34,395 bases of DNA from Deltaproteobacteria bacterium. GTDB lineage: Bacteria > Bdellovibrionota > UBA1018 > UBA923. The stretch spans positions 1-34,395 of the forward strand of contig JACQAW010000170.1 of the NCBI GenBank assembly GCA_016194725.1. Reading direction: 5' to 3'. Each line of letters starts with the position of its first letter. Position 1 is the stretch's first letter. The position numbers were made by a program, and so were the translations under genes. Below the pieces are notes generated by a model. The model saw only the letters and a list, made by a program, of their open reading frames with translations, was not told where the DNA came from and did not search any database. Below are positions 33,593 through 34,395 of this stretch, one piece after another.

Positions 33593-34381
33593 ATGAAGTC
33601 ATTTCAAAAAATTATCTGGGCCGCTGATCCGTTGGAAGACAAAGAGCTTCGAAGCCAAAGCATTCATGTGCTTCGAGACCTCTCGAAAAGGACTGGAGCG
33701 CGAATTGAGCCGGTCTACGTTTTGAGCGATGGTCTTCTGAGCCTCTCGGTGCCGAAGTCGGAGCTATTGAGAGAGTTCAAGCCCGCTTCGGAGCGAGCGC
33801 TGAAAAATCTGGCAAAACAATCCAGGGTCTCGAAGCTCGAACCATCGACGGTGCTGGTTTCGGCTCCCTCTTCGCGGGGCAGCGCCGCCGAAGCACTGGA
33901 TCGCTATGCCCGGAGTAAAAATGCTGATCTCATTCTTGTGAACTCGCATGGTCGCCACGGCGTCAAGCGTGCGGTCATGGGAAGCTTCGCGGAGACGCTC
34001 ACGCTCCACGCCAGGACTCCGGTATTGATCACGGGCCCAAAGACGCAGGCGGTCTCGAAGCTCGATCACATCCTTTTCCCGACGGATTTTTCGCTGGCAT
34101 CAAGAAAAGCGTTCGTGAAAGTGCAGGAACTGGCGGAAAAGCTCGGCGCACGGATCACGATTTTTTACGTGGTCTTGAATCCGATCGAGCCGTTCGTGCA
34201 GTCGGGTGCGGCGCTTCTTGGAGGCGGTTTCGTAACTACCCGGGGTTACGTGAAGCAGGTCTACGATCGCCAGAAAAAACTGGCCGCACACTGGGCTGCC
34301 GAGGCTCAGAATAAGGGCCTGGAAGCGGATAGCGCCTTTGACGTTGATAGCTGCAGCGTAATTTTGTCGATTCTCGAATAA
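33593..34381 (+). CDS. Tandem universal stress protein, 3'-truncated at window end
   Basis: DLILVNSHGRHGVKRAVMGSFAETL, ILFPTDFS; second domain lacks its final motif; the TAA is formed by the terminal A-run. Confidence 0.87.
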   Translation: MKSFQKIIWAADPLEDKELRSQSIHVLRDLSKRTGARIEPVYVLSDGLLSLSVPKSELLREFKPASERALKNLAKQSRVSKLEPSTVLVSAPSSRGSAAEALDRYARSKNADLILVNSHGRHGVKRAVMGSFAETLTLHARTPVLITGPKTQAVSKLDHILFPTDFSLASRKAFVKVQELAEKLGARITIFYVVLNPIEPFVQSGAALLGGGFVTTRGYVKQVYDRQKKLAAHWAAEAQNKGLEADSAFDVDSCSVILSILE

Positions 34382-34395
34382 AAAAAAAAAAAAAA
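34380..34395 (+). other. Terminal poly-A run (probable contig-end artifact)
   Basis: 16 A at the very end, interrupting a CDS. Confidence 0.7.

Noticed and set aside
34379-34395. TAA as true USP stop, or the A-run as a retroelement/polyadenylation signature
   Set aside because: The USP domain is incomplete and the run sits at the sequence end; most likely an artifact.
1-34395. Mobile element, prophage, defence system or RNA genes
   Set aside because: No transposase, integrase, phage, tRNA or rRNA signatures recognised by eye.

Overview
Bacterial genomic window, probably Bdellovibrionota/Oligoflexia-like. This is inferred from the GFDDND-type exported proteins and the CcoN-CcoO fusion, and is not verified. 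From about 4.55 kb to the end it reads as one clustered low-oxygen/dormancy regulon. It contains a cbb3 oxidase operon (ccoI-S-NO-Q-P-G, a DsbD_2/TauE-like gene, cls), D-lactate dehydrogenase, acetyl-CoA hydrolase/transferase, PfkB, a beta-CASP metallo-hydrolase, two Hsp20, two USP, three CBS proteins, two aeRF1-like (baeRF/host-attachment) proteins and several unknown exported proteins. The signalling genes are two soluble NifL-type PAS histidine kinases, a sigma54 enhancer-binding response regulator (bEBP) and a stand-alone receiver. Reading the intergenic DNA by eye gives 18 sigma54-like -24/-12 promoters in the cluster, 14 of them in seven divergent pairs. 17 of the 18 have a copy of a shared palindrome, consensus GAGACA-N3-TGTCTC and usually paired, either 39-42 or 29-31 nt upstream. 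Several targets look leaderless. Several genes (bEBP, cls, ccoO, one CBS gene, the repeat protein) carry frameshifts or internal deletions, and the window ends in an A-run, so sequencing/assembly error must be excluded. The first 4.5 kb holds unrelated exported proteins: a Cys-repeat protein, a long charged-repeat protein and a possible clan-CD peptidase, plus a cytoplasmic YkgJ-type protein.
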